A stretch of DNA of 64,000 bases. It comes from Macrostomum lignano. Its lineage: Eukaryota. Position 1 is the stretch's first letter, and every line of letters starts with the position of its first letter. Where the stretch lies: the NCBI GenBank assembly GCA_002269645.1, contig NIVC01000452.1:248001-312000 (forward strand), given 5' to 3'. Below are positions 13,147 through 24,250 of this stretch, in pieces. Made by a program: the position numbers and the translations under genes. Under the pieces are notes generated by a model. It ran no database searches. It saw nothing but the letters and a program-made list of their open reading frames with translations, and was not told the DNA's origin.

Positions 13147-15923
13147 ATGCTTCTATCATATCTGCTTCTGGTGTCTATGTCACCGCATTTGGAGACAATT
13201 AACACTGGCAATGTCAACTGTGAGCAGGGTCCATGGCGCTGCGTCTGTCCAAGCTATTTTAGGTTAAGTTATGAGAACATTAGCCACTGCAAGCTGAGCA
13301 GAGCTGTCCGGTGCACCGATGACAAGGACAGTCAGTCTGATGAAATAGTACTCAGCGCTGCAGAGCAAAAATCAATGGGCATCGAGTGTCCATGCGTTTA
13401 TAAAAAACATCTCGTCGGCATTGACAGATTCCTGCACCAGTGCAGCAGAGAACCCGTCTATGACCAGGCATTGCACCCTGTGGCCAACTGGTGCCCTTGG
13501 AATTTCTGGAGCGAATGGTCCTTTGCGTGCAGGGACCAGGTGCCGAAGCGGGCAACGCCGCATCACGAGGCTGACTTACAGGACATTCCTAGCGATGCGA
13601 AAGGTTCGTTAAATTTGGAATTTTTTGAAAATAATATTTTGCCTAAACTCTTTTCTAGCAACCAACGGTTATAAATTAGAGCTTGAATAACTCAATGGCC
13701 ATCCATTCAAGCTAGCAGTCAGTCAGTCCAACAGCTTGTCTACAAGAATTGCCTCTGCCGCCGAAATTGCCCGTTGGAGGTTTTCTTGCGCGCTATGGAT
13801 GTCTTTTCCGAGTAATGGGTTTTACTATAAAGAGAGCGCCAGCTATAAAGAGGGCGCCAACTACAGGGAGCGCTACCGACAGAAGGGGCGCCAGCTACAG
13901 AGGGGGCGCTAGCTACAGAGGGGGGCGCCAGCTATAGAGGGGGCGCCAGCTACAGAGGGGGGCGCCAGCTACAAAGGGGGCGCCAGCTACAGAGGGGGGC
14001 GCCAGCTACACAGGGAGCGCCAGCTACAAAGGGGGGGCGCCAGCTACAAAGGGGCGCCAGCTACAGAGGGGGCGTCAGCTACAGGGGGCGCTACGGGGCG
14101 CCAGCTACAGAGGGGGGGCGCCAGCTACACAGGGAGCGCCAGCTACAAAGGGGGGGTGCCAGCTACACAGGGAGCGCCAGCTACAAAGGGGGAGGGGGCG
14201 CCAGCTACAGAGGGGGGGTGCGCCAGCTACACAGGGAGCGCCAGCTACACAGGGGCGGCGCCAGCTACAGAGGGGGCGCCAGCTATAGAGGGGAGCGCCA
14301 GCTACAAAGGGGGGGGGGCGCCAGCTACACAGGGAGGGGGGCGCCAGCTACACAGGGGGGGGGGCGCCAGCTACACAGGGAGCGCCAGCTACAAAGGGGG
14401 GGGGGGTGCGCCAGCTATAGAGATCCCGTTCAATCGATAGAGAAATTTCAACTCGCCACTTTTCTTTCGCAGGCGTGTTTCTGTCAACGCGCAATCGTCA
14501 GTGCAGCTGCCCTGGCCAACCAGGCAGTTGCTCAGCTGGCGCAATATCTGAGCATCGATGGCGTTTAACAAAGATGGAATCCGACAGCAGGCAGCCGAAC
14601 AGGTGCAGATGGTGTGTCTGGAGCTCGTGGACCAGCTGCGACTGCTCATTGAAAGAATCCATGATGCCTCGAGCTCGCTTCAGAGATTGCGTGTGCAGCA
14701 ATGGCACAGTGTGGAAGTCGAAAAGGACCGCATCTACTGACATAGGCTTGGCATTTTCTTACATAAATTATCCATGTTTCGGCTTGTCAATGGAGTTTAG
14801 CACTTGTTCAAAGTGCTACGATACACCAAGGCAGCCTGCGGCTCCAGAGTATCCGAAATACACGCCGCCTGACTTGAATAGCAGCGGAAATGACGGTCAT
14901 CGAGCTCTGATAGTCACCCTGGTCATCTTCATCCTGGCTATCGTGTTCTTTTTCTATTACGCTCGGAGATGCTGCTGCATTTCCAGGTTAGTCATCTTGG
15001 ATGATCACTGAGCCCGAGTTTCACCGCCTGCAGTCTCCCAGATCCCCGAGTTTCATCATTGTCCTCCCACATCCCCGAGTTTCATCATTGTCCTCCCACA
15101 TCCCCGAGTTTCATCATTGTCCTCCCACATCCCCGAGTTTCATCACTGTCCTCCCAGATCCCCGAGTTTCATCATTGTCCTCCCACATCCCCGAGTTTCA
15201 TCATTGTCCTCCCACATCCCCGAGTTTCATCACTGTCCTCCCAGATCCCCGAGTTTCATCACTGTCCTCCCAGATCCCCGAGTTTCATCACTGTCCTCCC
15301 AGATCCTCAAGTTTCATCACTGTCCTCCCAGATCCTCAAGTTTCATCACTGTCCTCCCAGATCCCCGAGTTTCATCACTGTCCTCCCAGATCCCCGAGTT
15401 TCATCACTGTCCTCCCAGATCCCCGAGTTTCATCACTGTCCTCCCAGATCCCCGAGTTTCATCACTGTCCTCCCAGATCCCCGAGTTTCATCACTGTCCT
15501 CCCAGATCCCCGAGTTTCATCACTGTCCTCCCAGATCCCCGAGTTTCCTCCCGGATCCTTCAAGTTTCATCACTGTCCTACCAGATCCCCGAGTTTCATC
15601 ACTGTCCTCCCAGATCCCCGAGTTTCATCACTGTCCTCCCAGATCCTTCAAGTTTCATCACTGTCCTCCCAGATCCCCGAGTTTCATCACTGTCCTCCCA
15701 GATCCTCGAGCGCCTTTTATCCCATTATTTCGCATAAACTAAGTGGCTAATTTAATGCGGAAATAAACTAAGCGTAGCCTAGCTACCTGAAAAACTAGCA
15801 AACTTCCGTTGCCATGCCCAGACCTTCAAGCACCGAAGAGCCTGTGGCTGTACATCTGGCTCCTGCTGCTATTGATGCTGCACATTCGCAGTCACGTTCA
15901 TCGCCGTTGCCGCAGCCGCTGCA

Positions 15924-15963
<40 letters not shown>

Positions 15964-16059
15964 TCGACACAGCAGCCGCTGTTGCCTTCACAAATGCAGC
16001 GAGAAGTGGACTCCACTCCGCCACCAAGCTACGAAGAAGCAATTCGTCAGCGGTTGTGA
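13147..16059 (+). CDS. Type I membrane protein paralog B (~402 aa): signal peptide, Cys-rich/TSP1-like ectodomain, TM, poly-Pro tail with PPxY (PPPSYEEAI)
   Basis: Exons 13147-13603 (ag|gttcgt, phase 1), 14473-14986 (ttcgcag|; ag|gttagt, phase 2) and 15822-16059 (cccag|) join in frame (1209 nt). Motifs: WCPWNFWSEW, WCVWSSWTSCDC...RARFRDC, TM ALIVTLVIFILAIVFFFYY. Intron phases match paralog A. Confidence 0.78.
13845..14420. repeat. Intronic G-rich minisatellite (gcgccagctacagagggg, ~18-24 bp, variable G-run)
   Basis: Tandem gcgccagcta cores in intron 1 of paralog B. Confidence 0.92.
15015..15710. repeat. Intronic 29-bp minisatellite (cccgagtttcatcactgtcctcccagatc)
   Basis: Direct tandem units in intron 2 of paralog B. 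Pseudo-ORFs have 29-aa periodicity. Confidence 0.95.
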
Positions 16060-16074
16060 CACAATTTGTACAGC

Positions 16075-16790
16075 GCTCAGGGAGTGCAGAGGTGACTGTG
16101 CTCATGAGGTGGGTCAGGGAGTGCAGAGGTGACTGTGCCCATGAGGTGGGTCAGGGAGTGCAGAGGTGACTGTGCTCATGAGGTGGGTCAGGGAGTGCAG
16201 AGGTGACTGTGCCCATGAGGTGGGTCAGGGAGTGCAGAGGTTACTGTGCCCATGAGGTGGGTCAGGGAGTGCAGAGGTTACTGTGCCCATGAGGTGGGTC
16301 AGGGAGTGCAGAGGTGACTGTGCCCATGAGGTGGGTCAGGGAGTGCAGAGGTGACTGTGCCCATGAGGTGGGTCAGGGAGTGCAGAGGTTACTGTGCCCA
16401 TGAGGTGGGTCAGGGAGTGCAGAGGTGACTGTGCCCATGAGGTGGGTCAGGGAGTGCAGAGGTTACTGTGCCCATGAGGTGGGTCAGGGAGTGCAGAGGT
16501 TACTGTGCCCATGAGGTGGGTCAGGGAGTGCAGAGGTGACTGTGCCCATGAGGTGGGTCAGGGAGTGCAGAGGTTACTGTGCCCATGAGGTGGGTCAGGG
16601 AGTGCAGAGGTGACTGTGCCCATGAGGTGGGTCAGGGAGTGCAGAGGTGACTGTGCCCATGAGGTGGGTCAGGGAGTGCAGAGGTTACTGTGCCCATGAG
16701 GTGGGTCAGGGAGTGCAGAGGTTACTGTGCCCATGAGGTGGGTCAGGGAGTGCAGAGGTGACTGTGCCTGTGTCAGGGAGTGCAGAGGGG
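16075..16790. repeat. 37-bp minisatellite (gtcagggagtgcagaggtgactgtgcccatgaggtgg) just after the paralog B stop
   Basis: Period of 37 (gtcagg at 16113 and 16150). Confidence 0.96.
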
Positions 16791-17290
16791 GCTGTGTCAG
16801 GGAGTGAGGCTGAGTACTCTCGGCAACAATCTCTCTTCAGGCCTCAAGAGGCTCAAATCGCACTTGTGCCAGCCAATAGGGAGGCCTGGCAACGCATTTG
16901 TGTCATAGCAACCATTTTTAAAAATTATGGTTTGTAAATTTTTGTTTTGATATTTACTAATACTAATAGTAAAAGCTATGAAACCTACCCTATCCTAAGT
17001 CCTATTTTTACCTATTTTTGTAAGCTTCTGCTTATATTCTTGTTACATTTATTGTTTTATGAAATGTCATTAACCTTTTCCTCGTCTGCAGTATTCTTAT
17101 TAAAGCAAGTTTTTGCTTTTCACCTACAGTTTAATTTAAACATTCAATATTTATACCGCTCAGCAACTCTAGTAGTGTCCGTTCGCCGACATTTTTTATC
17201 CCTCCCTGGCTCCTAACAAGCACTTTTATTGAATATACCTATTTTTGACAAATCGATTCTTACACCGGTAAATTATCTTATAAAGCTGCG

Positions 17291-17350
17291 GCTGAGCTGT
17301 CGGTTGCACATCTGGCCAATGGATCAGGTGTAATCTATTATTATTATTAT
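17291..17350 (+). mobile_element. 5'-truncated SINE 3' end with (ATT)n tail
   Basis: gctgagctgtcggttgcacatctg is identical to 33389-33412 in the SINE copy and is followed by attattattat. Confidence 0.5.
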
Positions 17351-18771
17351 GTAATGTAAATCCTATCCCGTACATCAAGAAGTTATTCCATACAGTAGTA
17401 TTGACCTACTATACCTTGGCTGCTTTGTGGAATTACATTGCATAAATGTACATGATGCAAAATTAATTATATTCTTTTATAAAGCAACTGCTTTTTGAAA
17501 TTCATCAAACTTGGAACTAATTAACTGGCTAATTAACGAATTAGCTAATTAGCTAATTAACTAATTAATTTGGCTGGCGTGCATTTGTTAAAAAGTTATT
17601 TGACTTAATAAATACAATAGAAATTACAATTTTATTATTTTTGTATACTCCCTAAGCATAAAAAATTATGCTTAGGGCTGAACTCCTTATTAGAGACTTG
17701 TTTAAATCAATTTAAAAACCACGTTCAAACTACAATTTTGATGTATACTCTCGAATCGAATATTTAACTTGATAATTGTTGTAAAGCAGCCACATGCATA
17801 TTGCAATAATGATACTGTTGGATTTATCCTATTATATTGATTCAATTGATGAGGGCGCAATTTTGCAATCTCCTCTTTTACTCCTTGTAGGCTAGTCCTG
17901 GTTTTATTATTTATTCAATCCGGGATCTATTTTACTACTTTCTAGGACATACTGTACTTCAACTTACAGCTAGGTTTATTTTTTGTCAAGTTATTTACGT
18001 CTAGGGTCAACCTGGTCTGTGCCGATTTTGATCTACATGTATGATTGCGTTAAGTTTAGCTCTCACTTTTGGTACAGGATGTCTGGTAGAAGCTTTTTCC
18101 AGTTTTTTATGATATACATGATGACCGCAACTCTCAAGTTCTCTGCTGGGATCTGAGAGACCGCCCGGTGAATTAATACAGGATTTTTTGGGTCTGGAGC
18201 TCAGCTAATCAGAGTCGAGCTAGCCATCCCGGGCTCGTCCAATCAGAAAATTCTACGCTTTGTATAATAAATCCGCTGCTATAGAAACTATTTAAGGGCA
18301 GCGGCGCGGCCTGCCCCTCGAACAACCGCCCCACCCCCCCCCCCGGTCATCGGCCTCTTCCCCACCTTAATCTGGACTACGTACGGTATACCACGCCCCA
18401 GCTCTATGCTCTCTCCGCCACGGACTCCTTCCCTTCTCTATGAACGCCAAACAGGCGCCTCCGTACCCGCAAAAGCGGAGGTTAAAATATATGTACATCT
18501 ACCATGTAACTATCAGTGAGCCCTCTCCGGGCACCAGCCTCCCCGGATCTACCATGTACAGCTGCATGGTGAACCCAGAAGTGACTGGCACATTTATTGC
18601 TCTTATTGCTGAAAATTGTCACTTTTTACTTTTGGGTCACCCGACCTCTGCATCACCAATTAAGCTATACACATACGTATAAGAGCAAACGACAGCAGTC
18701 ATCAAATATACGCTGCTGCAGCACTGACTGTTTGTCGGCCCAATCGATCCACCTATCGATCAGTCTCAGAT

Positions 18772-19802
18772 CAAGGACTTCTAGACTAACAGGACGTAAA
18801 ACTCAAAAATCGTGCAATTTTTGGAGGCCACGATTTCCTGGAAATAATACACTGCGAAGATAGGAAAAAATCAGTTTTTCGTCACAAAATCTGTGATTGT
18901 ATTTGATCTGGGGCAGTGAAGACTACCATTCTTTTAATTTAGCATGCACAACATGTTACTCTATTATATTTTCATATAGCTATGTAGTGAAGTTTTAATT
19001 TTCATATTGTTTTCACTTTATTTCTTAAGCCCAAAGTTGCAAACTCACAAGTGGCATTAGCCAAACTTTTTGTGTTGTTCTTTTTTTAAATAAAGTATAA
19101 AAACATTGCATGTAGGTACTCTTAGTCTTAAGCTATTATTGTAGGTTTAGTAACTATACTAATTCCTAGGCCTACTAGAACTAGACCTATCACTGCACTA
19201 TCTAGCCTAATAAGTAATTAAATTTAGACAGATTTTTTTATTATATATAGATTACCAATACATAGTTTCATATTGTTGTTTACCTAGGCTTGAGAAAGCT
19301 GTATTATCAGTTTTTAAGCCAAGCCTATATTTAAGACCAAGATTTAAGAAGAATAGACTTAATCACAAAAATAGGCCCTAACCATTTTTACTAGGTAATC
19401 TATATAAGAAAAAACATTGATTAGTATTTTTATAATTTTTATTTTAAAGGCTAAAAAAATATTATATTACAAATTTTAATAGCTTTTCTTTTCTTAAATT
19501 TGATATTTGGCTAATGCCACTTGTGAGTATTTGCAACTTTGGGCTTATGAAATAAAGTGAAAACAATATGAAAATTAAAACTTCACTACATAGCTATATG
19601 AAAATATAATAGAGTAACATGTTGTGCATGTTAAATTAAAAGAATGGTAGTCTTCACTGCCCCAGATCAAATACAATCACAGATTTTGTGACGAAAAACT
19701 GATTTTTTCCTATCTGCGCAGTGTATTATTTCCAGGAAATCGTGGCCTCCAAAAAATTGCACGATTTTTGAGTTTTACGTCCTGTTAGTCTAGAAGTCCT
19801 TG
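18772..19802. mobile_element. Non-autonomous hAT-type DNA transposon (1031 bp) with ~295-bp near-perfect TIRs
   Basis: TIRs at 18772-19065 and 19506-19802 (CAAGGACTTCTAGAC.../...GTCTAGAAGTCCTTG). Exact 8-bp TSD TCTCAGAT at 18764-18771 and 19803-19810. AT-rich non-coding interior. Confidence 0.9.
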
Positions 19803-21352
19803 TCTCAGATTCAAACAAAATCATGCAACCCATCCTCTTGCTATATTCTCATAACTATAGGACCTATAGCTGCTCGTCACATCTTCGCTACTCTGTCTCT
19901 GGGGCTGCAGACCATATCAGGAGTGTGAAAGCTGGAGGCCAGAAAGTTTCAGCTATATGTAGTTTCTGCATTCTAAAAGCGCTAATGTCCGAAACCTCCG
20001 ATCAAACGTTTTAAAAAGATGAAATTCTGATCCTTGGTTCATTCATTGCTCACTCACACACGCACACTCGCAATGCACACACATGCATGCAGCATACAAT
20101 TCTCCCGACTTATTCTCCGAAAAAAGATTAAAATAGTGTTGTGGTTTAATGTGTAAAAATACTTTTAAACAAAGATTTGAAAATGAAACTAAAGACAAAA
20201 GATTCTAGATTATTAAAAATATCAACAATAAGCACATTTTTTGGTTTAATACTGACGTACATCAATATTTACTTTACCGCGCGCGAATTTTAAAATTATT
20301 ATTTCCAATGAAAACTAATTTAATTTTTCGACAGTCAAATCTAAATTAGTTGAGTAGGCATGCTGATTACATTATTTATCAATTCTCACTCGATCATTAC
20401 TCAGTATTGTAGATTAAATTACTGTAAAAAATTATGCTTAGGGCTGAACTCCTTATTAGAGACTTGTTTAAATCAATTTAAAAACCCAAATTTTGGGCTT
20501 GAGTAGGCCTAGCCGGGCTAGCCGCTAGCCCTAGCCTAGGCTAAGTCTAAGATCAGGGTTTTTTGGTTCCTGTGTTTTGCCGCTTTTGGCCTTTAGGATA
20601 AGTGTGGCTGTGGATTATATTCGGGTTTACGAATTCAAAGTTTTAAAAGATTATTTTTAAGCTTTGATTGTGAGTTATGCACAATATTTTGACAACTAGG
20701 CCTAGCCCTAGGCTAGCCCTCAATACATTAAATAAATTTTATTGTTATGTAGGCCTATTGTGAATGTCTGTATCGAGTAGGCCTATTCACTATTCCACAC
20801 TATTCAGTACTTAATATTATATTAGAATATAGGCCTAGTTAATATAATATAGTCTATAATATTGAAATTTTTCAAAGATTAGGCTTTTAAAAAAATTTCG
20901 GCATCATCCTAGTTTCCTGCATTAAAATATTTTGACACCAAATTATAAATATATGCTTAAAATAATATAGTATATATTTCCCAAGCATTCAAAAATTTAT
21001 ATATAATAATCTATCTATTAGCCTTTGCCTAGATATATTTGTTATTGGCTATTGTATATTGTTTTATTTCTCAACAAATATCTTTTCTGATAATCTCTAC
21101 ATATAAAAATCAAAACTCTGTGTGTCTTTATCTATAAAAATGGAAATACGAGCAATAACCTTGATGCATTATATATTATTCATTAGTAGTTGGAGTCATG
21201 AAATTTAGATAGACTCTTGTCTAATGGTTAATAATACTATGACTAGATTTTATGGTTTTACATACGAAGTTAGGCTTAAGTATTTATTAATCAAAAGAGC
21301 TTGCATTTCGGTTGATTTCATGGTGCAATTGGCAATAAGCAAATAAATCGGC

Positions 21353-22057
21353 ATGCGAGTCCTGCTCAGCACCAACTGCGATCGTCGCCTGAATTTCTGC
21401 TTAAGCGCCATTCAAATTGTTGCCGGTCTCAGCCTACTGTTTGTTGACGCTATTGTTAGCTTAGTGACTAATGGAGTTGGATTCTTCGGCCTGGGATTAG
21501 TTTGCGGCCTGCTGCTTGTGCTGGCCGGCTTCCTGACTGCCTGCTTCAATAGCCGTGACAGTGGCAATTGTCGACTGCGACTTCGACTGGCATGCAATGC
21601 GGCCGTCCTGCTGACCGCCCTGCCGTGCGTCCTGCTGCTGGTGCCGGCTGTTTATCCGGACTCGCCTGCGCTGGCCTCCGCTGCTGGCTATTGCGGATAT
21701 ATTCGGCTGCCAGCATTAGCTAGTAATGTTAGTAGCTCAGCCAGCAATGTCGCTGGTGGCCCTGTTAGCTTGGCTAGTAGTGACAATTCATTTGGCCAGC
21801 TTGTCCATGCCAGACTGTCCACAGTGTCCGCTGGCTATGCCGCCGCTCTGGTCGCTGTGGCTATTGGCGGACTGGCAACTGTGGCTCAGCTATTGCGCTG
21901 CTGCTGTTGCGGTGCAGCCAGCTCTAAACTGGAAAGCATCTATGGTGAAGGTGAAGCTGAAAAAACTATGGAAACCGCGGTTGCTTGCGCGGTGCTTAAC
22001 AATGGAACTAACAAAAAGAAAGGCCGAAATGAGGGCCCATCGGTTCTGTATATTTAA
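21353..22057 (+). CDS. Intronless four-transmembrane protein, MS4A/CD20-like topology (234 aa)
   Basis: GC-rich ORF in AT-rich flanks. Three N-terminal hydrophobic helices (including GLGLVCGLLLVLAGFL, like the MS4A GxWxGxxxIxxG segment), a long loop, a fourth TM, then CCCC (palmitoylation-like). Confidence 0.65.
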   Translation: MRVLLSTNCDRRLNFCLSAIQIVAGLSLLFVDAIVSLVTNGVGFFGLGLVCGLLLVLAGFLTACFNSRDSGNCRLRLRLACNAAVLLTALPCVLLLVPAVYPDSPALASAAGYCGYIRLPALASNVSSSASNVAGGPVSLASSDNSFGQLVHARLSTVSAGYAAALVAVAIGGLATVAQLLRCCCCGAASSKLESIYGEGEAEKTMETAVACAVLNNGTNKKKGRNEGPSVLYI

Positions 22058-22184
22058 AAAGGGTAAACGGCGAGAGTAACTATGAACTTTATTGCCTCGT
22101 CGTCTAATTAGTTTTCTACTCTTATCTACATCTACGTCTATTTTAAGAGTAAACGGCGGGAGTAACTATGACTTCTATCGCTTC

Positions 22185-22352
22185 GTCATCTAATTAATTA
22201 TAAGTTTAGGAAAAACACCTTTGAAAGTAAACAGCAAGCTTGAGTTTTGTAGCCAAATGCCTCGTCATTTAATTAATTATAAGTTTAGGAAAAACACCTT
22301 TGAAAGTAAACAGCAAGCTTGAGTTTTGTAGCCAAATGCCTTGTCATCTAAT
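22185..22352. repeat. Tandem duplication of ~78 bp (tcgtcatctaattaattataagtttaggaaaaacacc...gccaaatgcc)
   Basis: Two near-identical adjacent copies plus partial copies nearby. Confidence 0.8.
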
Positions 22353-23257
22353 TAGCTGCACTGAAGCGTATTTTCTCAAAATCTCATTGCTACGAGGGTA
22401 AAGCTTCAATTTCTGCTAGCAAATGCCTCGTCATCTAATTAATATTTTTAATGCTTGTTTATCAAGCTAAACGATAGGAGTAAATAGATCTTCAGAGCGA
22501 TTATAACGTATTAGTAAGCGTAACCATGACACTTTACAATGCCTAACTGTTGCAAAAATGTTCTGTCGTATCATTGTCGTTGTGCTTATTAAAATTGTTT
22601 TTCCAAGAACAGTACGTCAGCCATTGCTGATGTGCAAGAGGATATATGTATATATATGAGCTTATGACAGCTACATTATGGTTTAAAGAACGATTTTGAA
22701 GTCATTTGATTTCGTCTTGTACAACTTCATCTAGTCACGCTGAGCTGCTTCTCATGTAAATTCTCCCGATTTTATTTCAATCTAGTTAGTTATTTATTTA
22801 TATACTACTCACATCTTACAGCTGCTGAGTAGTACAGTAATAATGGTAAATTATTAATAAGACGCACTATCTATCTTATTTTTTCCTCTGCATCTATTTA
22901 AGCGCCTAATGGTTTTTTAGAAATTTTTCATTTTCCTGTGTAAGTAAGGATTATATTTTTTTTGTTATTTTTGTAGGATATTAGATGCGCTTCTTGAACT
23001 AGCTTGATCTTTGTACTAAGTGTATGTTGATTGACGCCGTTCTATACTCCTTTATTTTTTATGTATTTGTCTATTTTGCAATAAATTTTATTAAAACTTA
23101 TTATTTAAACTTATTTTTTAAATAAGTTTTATTCATACTTGCTTATTAAATATTTTTTTTAATTCTTATTTAAACATTTTAATCAAATTCTAAAATTTAG
23201 AAGTTTATGTAAATAACTTCAAGAAGTATCAAGAATTTTAATTGAAATTGAAGTAAA

Positions 23258-24105
23258 GCTAAGCACAGTCTCCAGTATGAAGCTGAGCACAGTCTCCGGT
23301 ATGAAGCTGAGCACAGTCTCCGGTATGAAGCTGAGCACAGTCTCCGGTATGAAAGCTGAGACACATTTAGACAGACAGTAAGACACATTTAGACAGACAG
23401 TAAGACACATTTAGACAGACAGTAAGACACATTTAGACAGACAGTAAGACACATTTAGACAGACAGTAAGACATATTTAGACAGACAGTAAGACACATTT
23501 AGACAGACAGTAAGACACATTTAGACAGACAGTAAGACACATTTAGACAGACAGTAAGACATATTTAGACAGACAGTAAGACACATTTAGACAGACAGTA
23601 AGACACATTTAGACAGACAGTAAGACACATTTAGACAGACAGTAAAACACATTTAGACAGACAGTAAGACACATTTAGACAGACAGTAAGACACATTTAG
23701 ACAGGCAGTAAGACACATTAAGAAAGACAGTAGAACACATTTAGACAGACAGTAAGACATATTTAGACAGACAGTAAGACACATTTAGACAGACAGTAAG
23801 ACATATTTAGACAGACAGTAAGACACATTTAGACAGACAGTAAGACATATTTAGACAGACAGTAAGACACATTTAGACAGACAGTAAGACACATTTAGAC
23901 AGACAGTAAGACACATTTAGACAGACAGTAAGACACATTTAGACAGACAGTAAGACACATTTAGACAGACAGTAAGACACATTTAGACAGACAGTAAGAC
24001 ACATTTAGACAGACAGTAAGACATATTTAGACAGACAGTAAGACACATTTAGACAGACAGTAAGACACATTTAGACAGACAGTAAGACATATTTAGACAG
24101 ACAAT
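23258..24105. repeat. 24-bp repeat (gctgagcacagtctccggtatgaa) followed by a 22-bp minisatellite (agacacatttagacagacagta) upstream of CASP
   Basis: Direct tandem units. Confidence 0.95.
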
Positions 24106-24250
24106 AGGACACTAATGCAGACAGTAGAACACATTGAAGCAGACTCTAAGGTAGACACAATAAGAAAGCCTGTGCTGGGCCAGAGCCAGATACAAGACAT
24201 GCTATTAGAGACCAAGACTCATCATTGCTCCCACCGCAGCGCGCTCAGCC

